A DNA stretch of 64,000 nucleotides from Vicugna vicugna (Eukaryota), in assembly GCA_013265495.1 (NCBI GenBank), contig MU058198.1, positions 7,517,779 to 7,581,778 of the forward strand. The letters are read 5' to 3'. Both the position numbers and the translations under genes were made by a program. Below the pieces are notes generated by a model. The model was not told the origin of the DNA. It did no database searches and worked only from the letters and a program-made list of their open reading frames with translations. Below are positions 11,373 to 24,560 of the stretch, piece after piece. Position 1 is the stretch's first letter, and the number at the start of each line of letters is the position of its first letter.

Positions 11373-14149
11373 AAAAAAAAAAAAAAAACTTGCTCCTATA
11401 TAGCTCCCTTCTCTCATTCTTCCTTTGTGTTATTCTTGTCATGCAAGTTACATCTTCATTTATTATAAGCCCATAAACACTGTTACAATTATTGCTTTTT
11501 GCAGTTGTCTTTAAAACATATAAAATAAAAATTATAAACAAAATATATTTATACTCTCTTTTCTATGTACTTCTATAGTTTCCTTTACTGATGTTCTTTA
11601 TTTCTTCATGTGGATTTGAGTTACTGTCTAGTCTTTTCATGTCACCCTTAAGGACTCCCTCTGTATTTCTTGTAGGGCAGGTTTGCTAGGAACAAATTCT
11701 CTCCATTTTTGTTTATCTGAAAATGTCTTAATTTCTCCTTTACTTTTATTTTTTTCTCCTTTACTTTTTGAAGGATTGTTTTGCTAGATATAGATTCCTT
11801 GGTTGACAGTTTTGTTTTTTCAGCACTTTGAATATCTCACTGCCTTTTGGCCTCCATAGTTTCTGAGAAGTTAGCTAGTCATCTTACGGAAGATTTCTTC
11901 TACATGATTATTTTCTTTTTCTCTTGCTGTTTTCAGTATTCTGTCTCTCAACAGTTTGATTATGATATGTCCAGATGTGAATCTCTTTCAGTTTATCCTA
12001 CTTTGAGCTTCTTGGATGTATACATTACTTTTTAAAGAATCAAATTTGGGAAAACTGTTTCTTCAAATATTGTTTCTGCCCCTTTCTCTTCTCTCCTTCT
12101 GGGACTCTCATTATGTGTATATCAGCACACTTGATGGTGTCCCACAGGTCTCTGGGGGCGCTATTCATTTTTCTTCATTCTTTTTTCTTTCTATTCCTCA
12201 GACTGAGTAATCTCCACTGATCTGTCTTCAGGTGTGTTCATTCTTTCTTCTGCCAAGTCAAATCTGATATTAAGCCCTGTTAGTGAATTTTTCATTTCCG
12301 TTATTGTACTTTTGTCCTTATTGAGCCCCAGAATTTCTATTTGATATACATGTATGTGTGAACATTTTTAACATAAATATAAAATTTCTGTGTTTATTAA
12401 TATTCTACATTTGGTGAAACATCTTTCCTGTACTTTCTTTTGATTCTTTGGACATGGTTTCCCTTTAGTTGTTTGAATATATTTATAATAGCTGATTTAA
12501 AGACTTTGGTAACTTCCTCAAGGACAGTTTCTTTGAGTCATTTTTTTTCCTTTTGGATGGGCCACACTTTCCTGTTTCTTTGCATGTCTCATAATTTTGT
12601 TGTTTTTGACAGTGACATCTTAAATATTACAACGTGACAACTCCGAAAACCAGATTCCACCCCTCCTTAGGCTTTGTTGTTGTTATTGCTGCTATTTGTT
12701 TAGGAACTTTCCTAGACTAACTCTGTAAAGACTGTACTCTTTGTGCATGGCCATTGAAGTCTGTGCTCAATTAGCCTGCTTAGTGGTCAGCTAATGACTG
12801 GACAGAGATTTCCTTTAACCAGTAAATTTCATAGCCTTTTCTGAGGGGCTCTGTGCATGTGTGCACGTGTGTGTGTGCGTGCACAACACTGCTTTAACTT
12901 CCACTTCCTGCTTGCAGAGAGCATCAAGGTCAACTCAAGGTGAGAGGTTAGGGTCTTCTCAGGTCTTTCCTGGACATGCATGCTTGTGACCTTCTCTGGA
13001 TTCCGAAGAATGTGTCAGAACTTTTCAAAGTCTTCTATGACTATTTCACTCCCTAGTTTTTCTTTTTAAGTTTTTTTGGGTTTGTTTTGGTTTGGTTTTG
13101 GTCTAGCCTCTTGTTACTTCCAGCTGGTGTCACCAACTCAGGCAGCTGTGATATTAAACAATTGCCACTTATCGTTTTCAACTAGGGATCGTTCAGCATA
13201 TCCCTAGGGATACGGCTGTTAGCACAGGGAGAATTTAAGTCAGATCAAATAGAGACAAATCCTGGGAATAGAGCTTTGCAGAGAGCTACCAAATAGTGAC
13301 ACTCCTCTGGGAATGGAGCTATTGTAGAGATTCAAACCTGTTCTTCCCCCTCGTAAGCACTGGTTTTCACAACTTCTTCAGTTGTGAGGCTTTTATTTTT
13401 CAAGGTTTCTGTGGACCTGGGGAGAAGAGAATGGGACTAGAGCAAGTTAAAACTCCACAAAGTTCACTGTTCCCACTAGGACACAGCTATTTTTCTTGAC
13501 TAAATGCTCCCTGGATGGTACATAGCCTTTAGCTAATTTTCAGAGTTCTGAAAAAGCTTATTTTCACCATTTTCACAAGAGTTCTTGTTGTTTTTATGGA
13601 GAAGTGAATTTTCAGAGGTCCTTACTCCACCATTCTGGAAGTATTTCTCTTCTGCTTGATCTATACAACCAGAGAAACTGTAGGGCTGGTAGCCGAAATT
13701 CTGACTTGAGTTGTCTCAATGGAGAATCATAGCCTCTCACTAGTTCCGAGACCCAAGTCAGTCATAGACCCAGAGCCCCTTAATTGGAGGTGATGCTGAA
13801 GCTTCTTGAGGAAGGACCCTGCACCATTGCTGCAAGTACTTATCATAAATCGTCCTCTAAGCCTTCCCTAAAGGGACCTGTGGCCATTTACTTTTTGTGC
13901 ATTGGGGAAAGGAAATATGCAGACCTTTCATGGGTTATTAGACATTGGCCCTAATAGATGCATTCCTGGGGACCCAAAATGGCCCACCTATCAAAGTAGG
14001 GGCTTACAGCAGCCAGGTGATAGATGGAATCTTAACTCTAGGCCAGTTCAGCAGGCCTGCATTTATTTCTGTACTTCAGAAATAACTGTTGTTACTTCTT
14101 CAATGCCTGAATTTATCATTAAAATAGACATACTTGGTAATCGGCATAG

Positions 14150-15670
14150 TCACTAATGAGAGACTCAGAAATACAGGAGGAAATTTTACAACACGTCAAA
14201 AATATAAGGGAAAGGAAGTCATACTATGAAAAGTAAATTTGAAGGACAAATCCAGACGACGTAACACATGAATAATAGGAGTTCCAAAAGAAAAGTAACA
14301 GGTGGAGAGAGAAATTTGAGTCTAAAGATTAAAGGACTCACATGAATAAAGATAAGCATCTAGACATATCTGATGAAATTCCTGAATTTCAGAGATAGAA
14401 AAAAATTTTTGCAAGCTTCCAGACAGAAAGACTAGGTTACTTATAAAGGAACAAGAATTGGACTAGTTTAATACCACGCACCTGCAATCCTATAAGCTAG
14501 GAGATAGTAGAACACAGACCACTAAGAGAAAAGGAATGCTCCCTCCTTTGATTCTCCAAGAATCAAAACCAGCCATTGTGTCACTTCTCAACCAGGGCAA
14601 AAGAAAGACATCTTCCGGCATACGCAATCCAGTGCCTGGCCCCTGTGCGTGCCCGATCTGAGGGAAGTACTAAGGAACTCCTCTCAACAGTGACTAAAGA
14701 GCTCATGATAGTGGAAGATGAAGAGACAGGGGAGCAGAGATGAGCAATGAATCTTGCAATATTGCAATAATATTTAAGTTGGTTTAGATAGTAGGAGATA
14801 GACTGGGAATTTGAGCTTTATATGTTAAGTAAGGATTCTTTTGCAGAAGTGATGAACATGAATGGAAAACCTAGTAATAGACTAGAACAACAACAAAAAC
14901 AAAAAACCCTGTATGCTTCGTAAAACCCCAGGAGTGGGGAGAGTGGGGAAGTTAAAAGCATTCTAAAGATATCATCTTTCAGGAGGTTGTGAGGGAGTAG
15001 GCAAGTAAAACATTTTGGTGAAGGAGTAGGATTATCACCATGTACTGATAACAATCTAAGAATAATTACGATTGGTAGGAAAGAAAAGATAGGAGGAGGG
15101 TATAGCTCAACTGGTAGAGCGTATGCTTAGCATCCACAAGATCCTGGGTTCAATCCCCAATACCTCCTCTAAAAAGAAATAAATAAGTAAACCTAATTAC
15201 CCACCACCAAAAGAAAAGATATACACAGCTTAATAAAGGGGGAGGGTGGATAGTAATAAATAGAAACTTGACCAAGTCGATAAAAGTTAAAAATAAAAAA
15301 AAAGCAAATAAGAAAACATTAATGAAAAATAAAGGAGAAAGAAAAAAGTATATTGGTTATTACAATAAATCCGAACAGGATGATTAACCTATTATAAGAC
15401 GGAACCTGTCAGACCAAGTGACTTTTAAATCTAGCTATAAGCAATTTATAGGAAACACATACAATAATGTGACAAAAATTTTTCAAATAAATGGACAAAA
15501 ATTTTTAGGCAAATGCAAACAAAAAACAAGATTGAGGGGAGGGCTTTTGCCAAGATTCTGGCAAAAAAGAAGTTTATTTCTGGTTTGGGATGGTGGTTAT
15601 AAGAGTATTTTGTTTTATAATATCACAAATCTATTTCTCTATGAATGTCTACACATGTGGATGGTATTTT
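14150..15670 (+). mobile_element. Ancient L1/HAL1 ORF1-region remnant
   Basis: ataataggagttccaaaag and gcaagcttccagacagaaagactaggttacttataaaggaacaagaatt resemble degraded L1 ORF1. Confidence 0.55.
15092..15217 (+). mobile_element. tRNA-derived SINE (Vic-1-like)
   Basis: ggagggtatagctcaactggtagagc...ctgggttcaatcccc. Confidence 0.88.
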
Positions 15671-15675
15671 GTAAC

Positions 15676-16322
15676 TCTGATAGGCAGAATAACGGCCCTT
15701 GCTCTGATGTCCTAAAATGTCCACACCCTAATCCCCAGAACCTGTGACTCTGTTAACATTTCATGGCAGAAGGGACTTTGCAGATGTTATTAAATTAAAG
15801 ACCTTGAGACCGGGAGTTTATCCTGGATTATCCAGGGGTCCAGCAGAATCGCACGAGTCCTTAAAATTGGGAAACTTGATCTGGTTCTGAGCAGAGGGAG
15901 ATGTAACTGTGGAAGAATGGTCAGAGAGAGGTGACACTGTTGCTCAGAAGATGGAGGAAGGGGACCACGAACCAAGGAATCTGGAGTCCCTCCAGAAATT
16001 GCTGGAAAAGGCAAGGAAATGGAGTCTCCCCTAGAGCCTCACAGCCCTCCCTACACCCTGATTTTTTTTTGAGGGGGGAGGTAATTAGGCTTGTTTGTTT
16101 ATTTTTTTATTTGATGGAGGTCCTGGGGATTGAACCCAGGACCTCGTGCATGCTGAGCACACACTCTACCACTGAGCTATACTCTGCTCCCCCTACACCT
16201 TGGTTTTAGCCCAGTGAGACCCATGTTGGACTTCTGACCTACAGAATTATAAGATAATAAATCTCTGTTGTTCTGAGCCACTGAATTTGTGGTAATTTGC
16301 TACAACAATAGAATACTGATAC
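15676..16322 (+). mobile_element. MaLR LTR (MLT1-like) interrupted by a SINE
   Basis: ctaatccccagaacctgtga, gggactttgcagatgttattaa, ttgtggtaatttgctacaaca. Confidence 0.8.
16062..16192 (-). mobile_element. tRNA-derived SINE (Vic-1-like)
   Basis: ggggattgaacccaggacctcgtgcatgctgagc...ccactgagctata. Confidence 0.88.
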
Positions 16323-16819
16323 GAGAACAACAGAAAAGATTTTAAAATTGTGCCTTCCTGTTATGACCGCTGCTTCATCTTCGTTTTCTTCTTAGCTTCA
16401 CTCTCAAACTAACCCACACAGTTTTCTCATTGGCCATGGCTTTGTGAGTCAACAGTCATGGGGAGAGAACTAATGGAAAGAGCACTGAGCTTGCAGATAA
16501 GGAACCAAAGTTGTAGTTCTAGCTTTGCACTAACTTCCTGTGTGACTATGAGCAATTGCTTTCCCTCTCTGAGCCTATAACTTTATTGTAATTAATAATT
16601 ATAAATCGAACAAAATATTTAGTTAGGAGTTGTTCAGGGGTATAATCTTTTCCCAGTCACAAAGTCTACTTATCCAAAACTCTTTAATTATGTGAATTTA
16701 CTTTTTTCTGTTCAACTTATAGGCAACACTGAGGATTTCAGGTCCAGGTTATATAAATTTCAAATCATTCCTTGTCATGACCTCGGGACTTGGAGTTGTA
16801 AAATTAAAAAGGCAGCAAA

Positions 16820-16980
16820 GGCGGGAGGGTATAGCTCAGTGGTAGAGTGGGTACCTACCATACACCTGGTCCTGGGTTCAATCCCCAGTACCTCCATTAA
16901 AACTAAATTAATAAACCTAATTATCTACCTGGCATACCTCCCACCCTCCTCAAAAAGCAACAAACATCCCAAAATAACTC
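16820..16980 (+). mobile_element. tRNA-derived SINE (Vic-1-like)
   Basis: gggagggtatagctcagtggtagag...gggttcaatccccagtacctcc. Confidence 0.88.
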
Positions 16981-19565
16981 TTGGATAAAAAATCCTAAAA
17001 CATTTCAAGAAAATAAGGAAGGGTAGAAGAAAACTAAAACAAATAAAATTTTATAAAATAACACACAAAAAAAGGAACGGTATATAGAATACCTATTAAT
17101 AGAGAAGTAGTTTTAAATTATTTAAAATGTCACTTACTGCGTTATTTGATGACTTTCAGTAAAAGGAAAACAATGTGTAGGATTTCTCCTACATTTATAT
17201 ATCCCATCTGGCTGCAGAGTGCTTATGGTGGAGCCTCACAGACACCTGGGATATTGGTCACACCCTTTGAGACCCATGGAACTCATGGGGACTCTGGAAC
17301 ACCTTGCTCCTTACAAGTGGCACAGTCACTCCCAGCACAGTGACCCTACCACGCAGACTCCTGATAAGGGTTCTCATGGTCTCTACTGTTTCAGTGCACT
17401 TTTTCTGGGTCTGGCTTTCAAACTTTCCAAAAGATTAGATCTGATCAGCTGGACAGCCAGCCAGTTAGGCAGTATTTCCAGGCCCAAACACCTCCCAGGC
17501 CACCAGGCCAGCCTACAGGAGTCCACTGGCATTCTAGGCATGACCTCTGCTATGTCTGCTGCCAGCTAACTGCATGCCTGTGCATCCTTAGATATTGTGA
17601 CAATCAACTTTGCTCCAGATCTTTCTGAATACTCAGGCCTCATTGAGAATCCCTGCTATGGGAAGTTGGGGTCAGATGCCAATCCTTGGGCCCATCGGGG
17701 GTTTGAGAAGAGGAAAGCAGGGAGTCATGACATTTGCTCAGAAGGGACTGCAGAGGCACCTGCCCCTTGAATTAGGGGGACACCTCCTTAGAATAAGGTC
17801 TTGAATTCCTGAACTGAAATTTCTCCCAACCTGGGGGTTTTGAAGTATATAATCATTTAAGTTGGAGAAAGAGTACTGTACAAGTAGAGGCACAATGTGA
17901 GAGAAGGGAACTGATTTTTATTTTATTATAGAAGTAGTATCATGCACACAGTAGAAAGTACAGGAACACAGATATGCAAAAATAAGAGTTAACACTATAT
18001 TCCTACCACCCAGAGATTCCCATTGTGAACACTTTGAATTGGTCTTTTCTATCTTTTCTAAGAGCTCAACATGGGGCCCAGTATGAAGCAGAACTCCAAG
18101 ACTGAATGAACAGAAATGATTCCTCACCTATAAACTAGGAGGTGTGGTAAGGTGATCGCTAAGAAAACTCCCCTCTCAAAATCTAGAGGAGTAGAGTAAG
18201 GCAGTGGATAAAAACATGACAGTCAGACACTCTAACGTGTGTCTGCATGTGTAAACACACACAGTACACATACCCGTATGTACAGCACTTAGCCTAGGGT
18301 GGGCACCTTACGAAGACCCAGTCATTGGGAGCCATTGTTACCACCACGTCCTTGTTCCCCGCGAGGCTCAAGGATCCCCATCTATTTTCCCCAAAACTCC
18401 AAGTCCCTCAGCCCACTTGTTGCTCTAGAAGCTTTGGCAGAAAATGTCTCCTTAGAGCGTGTAACACTCCCCACCCCCAAAAAAGGAGTGAGACTCCTCT
18501 CTTTATATGAACACCCTCTTTACAGTGGTCTTCAAGTTTAATTTTGAAATTGAAAAAAAAAAGCCTGCTTTCATTAGAAAGTTGGGGAGAAAGATGGGGA
18601 AGAAAAGATTTTTCAGATAAGGAAATGGAGCCAGAGAGGGTAAAAACTTGCCTGGGAACCACAGCCAGTCATCATCCCCCAGGAACTCATTTAGGTGGCT
18701 CTCAACTCTGGAGCAGGAGGCTGGGGGATGGATAGGGGCTCCATTCACTAGCGGTGTGACCTGGGCGAGTCACTTCCTCTTCCTAAACCTCAGCTTACTT
18801 ATCTGTAAAATAGGGATAATTCCTTGCTGGGCTGTAGCAAAGAACAGAGAAATGATAACTGTATCTAGCCTAATGTGGACACATAGTAACTCAGAGTAGC
18901 AGTTTGTGTTTAGTGGAACAACTCTTAGTTAACCTGTGCACAGAGAGGCAGGAGCTAGGAGGGAGAAAGATGTCCTGAGTGAGAGATCCAGGTTCCAGGT
19001 GCTTAGACTCCTCTTTGGGGTGGAGAGTCCTCAGTTCTGCTTCCCAAGTAGCTACAAACTGCTTCAGGAGAGTGCCAATATATAGGGAACACTAAAATAT
19101 TGCTGTAAATGATGGAGGAGATAGTGTGACTTCAGAGTGGGTGTTCTTTATTTGAGATCATATACTCTGAAATCAGACTATGTGGACTCAAATCTGCCCC
19201 TACTATGTACTAACTGTGGGACCTGGACAAGTAAGTGACTTAAACAGCTCTGTGCCTCAGTTTTCCCATCTGTAAAATGGACATAATAATAGTACTTACC
19301 TCACAGAGTTGTTGACATGATTATTGGGAGATTATGCATGTCAAGTTCTTAGAATATTACCTGGCTTAGTGTTAGCTATTTTGTTTTATATGGCCCCAAA
19401 TTACTCTTAGATCTAAGCTGCTTGGAGTCAGGGTTAAGACTCACTCAAGTTGAATAACAATGGACCCTAATTGCCTTTGAAGGAAGATAAGTGTGGTTAA
19501 CTTCAAGTTTGGGTCCAAGCTGAATCGCACAGCTGTGTGAGGGGAGGACCAAGTCTGTTTGTCTT

Positions 19566-19707
19566 CTTTTTTGTTTGTTTGTTTGTTTGGGGAGGGGGGA
19601 AATTACATTTCTTTCTTCCTTTCTTTTTTAATGGAGATACTAGGGACTGAACCCAGGACCTTGTGCATGCTAAGCACATGCTCTACCACTAAGCTATATG
19701 CCCCCCA
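19566..19707 (-). mobile_element. tRNA-derived SINE (Vic-1-like)
   Basis: gaacccaggaccttgtgcatgctaagcacatgctctaccac; TSD tgtttgtcttct. Confidence 0.88.
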
Positions 19708-20224
19708 ACCTTGTTTGTCTTCTACATGCTACATTTTTTAGGTTAAGGTTTAAAAATTAAGCGCTCTCTGCCTTTGAGGAAAAGAAAACTAGTTTTAATA
19801 GAAATGGGCTCTGAGTTGCATGTGCTATTAAATCCCACAGTGAAAGATTATGAAGTGGAATAAGAAGGGTTGGAGGGTGGGAGACAAGAGGGCCTTGGTG
19901 GAGGTGGTGACAGGGGATGGAAATGTCCCCAAGCCTGGAAGGGGAGACAGGGAGTCCTGGCGCATGCCCCAAAGCCATGGTCTATGAAGCTAGCCAGTCT
20001 TAAGAGCAGATGGATGCCTGATATTTCAGGAATCATGGGCTCCTACATACAAGGAATCTCAGCCAGCCCTAGATTCTGGTGTCCCACATGTGGTATGGAG
20101 CAGAAGCCATGAACTTTAAGGGACCACTCTGGGCTTGGATAGTGATGCCAACAGCAACTAAGATGAAGTAGAGATTAGACTTTCCATGGCAGCAACACAC
20201 ACATGCTCAAGCATGTGCATCTCT

Positions 20225-20259
<35 letters not shown>

Positions 20260-20261
20260 AC
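20225..20261. repeat. (CA)n microsatellite
   Basis: Run of CA dinucleotides with one interruption. Confidence 0.9.
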
Positions 20262-20461
20262 AACCCTTGGTTACCCGGCAACACCTCTTGGATTCTGGTA
20301 TGCCCTTGAGAGAGGAAGAAAGCCTCAACAGTAACTGAGATGGGATTTCTGTTCAGGGTCAGAAATTAAGTTGTTTTATAAAAAAATTTAACCATTGCTA
20401 CCTTGTAATAGCCTATAATAAAAAAGAATATGAAAAGGAATATATACACACATGTATAACT

Positions 20462-20983
20462 TGTGGAGCAGGCTGGTGCTCTCTAAAGTTTCTCTAAAGC
20501 CATAAAACCCCCAACTCCAGGGCTCTCCATGTGCCTGGAGCTGACTGGCACCCTTAACCCTAACTCCCCACGTCAGGATAAAAAACATCTTCCCAGGATG
20601 TGTGTTTACAAAAACAAAACTAACCGCCCCCAGGAAATGGCTAATCTCATAGTACCCTAGGTGGGCAGGCATCCCTGCATATTCTGTCCTTATCAGAGTC
20701 GTAAATCCCATTACTCAGAATAGCCCCTGACAAGTCTTACCTCACAACCAATCAGGTAGCTGTGCACGAACTGATCACGCAGCCCCCTACCCCTTGTGTT
20801 CACGGCTCCTTCCCCCCAATTAAAGACCCTGCACCTTCACCCTCTGTGCTCACACAGGCACCTCTCATCTGTGTGGCCCGCTGTTGCCTGTAGCAGCCTA
20901 TCTATTAAACTTTCCTTTGTTTTTTAAACTTTGTCTTCATTAAATTCTTTTACCATATGCGCACCAGCCCGTGTACCCCAACA
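20462..20983 (+). mobile_element. Solo LTR inserted in an L1 3' tail
   Basis: TG...CA termini, imperfect 5-bp TSD taact/tgact, CCAAT at about 20749, attaaa signals; L1 tail sequence is colinear on both sides. Confidence 0.75.
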
Positions 20984-21520
20984 TGACTAAATCACTATGC
21001 TGTACACCAGAAATTAACACAACATTGTAAACCAACTATACATCAATTAAAAAAATATATATATATATATTTGTTTGAAAGGGTATCCCAAACAACTTAA
21101 CCAGCCTGGTCTCCACATGTTTTTGTCTAGTGGCTACAGTCCTCTCTCAAGCCTGCTAGTCCATTTGTCACCCTCAGTTTTACTTCAAGACTTGGTTAGT
21201 AGGTGGTCTTTGGAATTAGATCTTAGGTTAAGTCTAGGTTCTGTCACCAGCTGTGTGACCTTGGATAAGTTACCATACTTAACTTTTCTATATCTGTTTC
21301 TTCATCAGTAAAATAATGCACTTCCTCTTAGGAATTGTTAGAGTGCAGTGGAATAATAGGGTGATCTTCCAACAATGTCCTGGAGAGCCTCAAATCAGAC
21401 AACATAGCGCTTTCCAAACTTCATTCACATCCCATCTTCCCAAACTTCAGACATATTTGTATACCACCTCTACTGCTATTTGCTTAATCTTGTCCTTTAT
21501 AAATATCAACTTTTTTCCTA

Positions 21521-22918
21521 GAATAAACCCATGCACTTACAGTCAATTAATCTATGACAAAGGAGGCAAGAATATACAATGGAGAAAAGACAGTCTTTTG
21601 AATAAGTGGTTCTGGGAAAACTGGACAGCTACATGTAAAAGAATGGAATTAAAACAATCTCTAATGCCATATACAAAAATAAACTCAAAATAGATTAAAG
21701 ACCTAAATGTAAGACCAGATACTATAAAACTCCTAGAGGAAAACATAGGCAGAGCACTCTCTGACATAAATCACAGCAATATTTTTTTTGAACCAGCTCC
21801 TAGAGTAATGGAAATAAAAGCAAAAATAAACAAATGGGACCTAATTAAACTTAAAAGCTTTTGCACAGCTCAGGATATCATTAACAAAACAAAAAGACAG
21901 CCTACAGAATGGGAGAAAATATTTGCAAATGATGCAACCGACAAGGGACTAATTTCCAAAATATATAAACAGCTCATACAACTTAATTAAAAAAATAAAA
22001 AGCAACCCAATCAAAAAACGAGCAGAAGACCTAAAGAGACATTTCTCCAAAGAAGACATCCAGATGGCCAACAGGCACACGAAAAGATGCTCAGTATCGC
22101 TAATTATTGGAGAAATGCAAATCAAAACTACAATGAAGTATCACCTCACACCAGTCAGAATGACATCATGAAAGTCTACAAATAATAAATGCTGCAGAAG
22201 GTGTGAAGAAAAAGGAAACCTCCTACACTGTTGATGGGAATGTAAATTGGTGCAGCCACTATGAAGGACAGTATGGAGGTTCCCTAAAAAACTAAAAATA
22301 GACTTACCATATGATCCAGCAATCCCACTCCTGGTCATATATTTGGATAAAACTATAATTCAAAAAGACACACACACCAATGTTCACAACAGCACTATTT
22401 CCAATAGCCAAGACATGGAAACAACCTAAATGTCCATTGACAGATGAATGGATAAAGATGTGGTATATGTATACAATGGAATATTACTCAGCCATAAAAA
22501 AGAATGAAATAATATCATTTGCAGAAACATGGATGAACCTAGGGATTATCATATTAAATGAAGTCAGAGAAAGACAAACATATCACTTATATGTGGAATA
22601 TAAAAAAATACAGATTTTATTCAGAAACCAGAAATAGACTCACAGACATAGAAAATAAACTGTGGTTACCAGGTTGGGGGGGGTATGGGGAGGGCTTAGG
22701 AGTTTGGGATTAACAGATACACACTACTACATATAAAATAAATAAACAATAATGACCTATTGTATGGCACAGGAAACTATATTCAATTTCTTATAATGAG
22801 CTGTAATGGAAAAAAATCTGAAAAAAAAAATGTATGTATAACTGAATTGCTTTGCTGTACACCTGAAACTAACATTGTAAATTGACTATACTTCAATAAA
22901 AAATAAGAATTTTTAAAA
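21521..22918 (+). mobile_element. 5'-truncated, relatively young L1 (ORF2 C-terminus plus 3' UTR)
   Basis: ORF2 peptides ([42 protein letters not shown]); aataaa and A-rich tail; TSD atcaactttttt at 21505-21516 and 22919-22930. Confidence 0.93.
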
Positions 22919-23126
22919 ATCAACTTTTTTTATGAAAACACATTTTATTGAAGAAGGAAACTTTGTATCACTACCATAAACAGGAAATACTTATCCTTTA
23001 TCCTAGAGTGGTAAAAATAAATACAACAAAATCAAAACAACGCTGTTCAGTTCTAGCTGGATATGGTTACAGGCCAAAACTGACCTCAAGGCTTGGACTT
23101 TGTCATTAAAAAAGAGGTTATCTTGT

Positions 23127-23253
23127 GGGGGAGGATATATAGCTCAAGTGGTAGAGCCCATGTTTAGCATACACAGAGATCCTGGGTTCAACCCCCAGTA
23201 CCTCCTCTAAAAGTAAATAAATAAACCTAATTACCTACTCCCCACCAAAAAAA
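23127..23253 (+). mobile_element. tRNA-derived SINE (Vic-1-like)
   Basis: tagctcaagtggtagag...ctgggttcaacccccagtacctcc. Confidence 0.88.
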
Positions 23254-24099
23254 GATTATCTCAGCCATTAAAGGTCACATACCACCATATATGAAATGTC
23301 CGTAATAGGCAAATCTATAGAGACAGAAGTAGGTTAGTGATAGCCTTGGGCTGGAGTGCAGAGGTAGAGAATGGAAATGACAGCTCATGGGTATGGTTTG
23401 AAGGTGAAGAAAATGTTCTAAAGTTGACTGTGGTAATAGTTGCACAACTCTGTGAATATACTAAGAACCACTGAATTGTACACTTTAAATGGGTGACTTG
23501 CATGGCATATGAACTGTATCTCAATAAGAGCTGTTATTAAAAAGAGCGAGAGAAAGCTGTTAAAACTTAAAATTTTTTCTCCTTAAACAGAACGATGCAA
23601 AGACACCAAGACCACTATTATTTAACTTAGCCAGGTCGATGAGCATCCCACCCCACGCCCCATCATCTCCCTGTGGTATGCTTTTGCCCCTTTATGAAAG
23701 GTTTCAGTCGTAAGCACTCAGTGTTAGCTAATATACCCCCAAACAGATCTGCCAGCCAAGTTGGACAAACCTGGTTTATAACCCTCCCTACTTAACCACT
23801 GTTCTGCCTCATAACTGGAGAAAATTGCCCTGAGCCTCACTTTTCTTACTTGTCAAATGTGGACAATAGCACCCATTCCTGAGGTGGTAGTAAGGAAAGG
23901 ATATGTATGTACCGGAGCAGCAGCGCCAGGAATCAACGGACGTGGCTTTGAACTATGACTCGGGCCAGACTAGATACACTGGTGAGAAAGCATGCCTTTG
24001 CCATTCCAAAGTCACTTCCTCTTGCTTAGTCTCAGTTTCCTGGGATGTATAATGGGGATACAGTGAATTCCCAGGGGCAAGTAATTCGAAGAAACCGAC

Positions 24100-24560
24100 C
24101 GTGATCGGCTAGTCCCGGAGGCCAAAGACCCAGAGGGGCTCTGATGCTACCCACGGTCATAAGTGCTGGTCCGGAACTCGGGGAAAGGGGACACGTGGGC
24201 AGGGCCTTGCCTAGATGACCCTGATCTGCCACCACAGAGTAGGCAAAGCCTCGGCGGCGGCGTAGCCTTCCACCGGTGCCCAGCGGCCTGCGGGAAAACC
24301 ACGCCCAAACGCTCTTGCCGGAAGTCCGCCCGCAGCCTCTCTAGGACGCCCAGCGCGACACTCGGTGCCCTTAACCCTTCCGACGCTGTGACGCGCTTTC
24401 CCCGCACTCCACCGTTTCCGAGGCGTTCTGCCCTCCTTTGTTTCGGAGAGGCTTCACCAAAGGCTGTGAGGGGAGCAGAGCCTGTGGACCCAATTCTACA
24501 GACGAGGCGACTGAAGTCACACGGCAGCTGAACCAGAGCCCCGGCGCCCCATTTTGCGCT
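24100..24560. promoter_or_regulatory. Small CpG-rich promoter/enhancer-like element
   Basis: Local CpG enrichment; ETS ccggaagt (24318-24325) abutting GC box ccgccc; E2F-like gcgggaaa (~24290) and tttcccgc (~24397). Confidence 0.6.

Larger units (their letters stand above)
10455..13650 (-). mobile_element. Antisense old L1 fragment hosting the U6 retrocopy and a SINE
   Basis: T-rich strand with L1 motifs (gtctccaactattgttg, tttacatttaatgtaatt, ctttttgaaggattgttttgctagatatagattc). Confidence 0.8.
8954..14146 (+). mobile_element. ERVL internal gag-pro remnant, split by a ~3.2-kb antisense L1 (about 10455-13650)
   Basis: gag-like gaatggattctaagggtattagatcaa and gtccctaggaatgaaatagatggg; resumes at cttgatctatacaacc (~13655); pro-like cattggggaaaggaaatatgcagacc...atagacatactt. 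Confidence 0.7.

Noticed and set aside
16820..16900. tRNA genes (this and the other A-box/B-box copies)
   Set aside because: Degenerate anticodon arms, shared non-tRNA tails and TSDs show they are SINEs
21316..22637. Protein-coding ORFs 21316..21693, 21808..21990 and 22380..22637
   Set aside because: Broken fragments of L1 ORF2 in a 5'-truncated element
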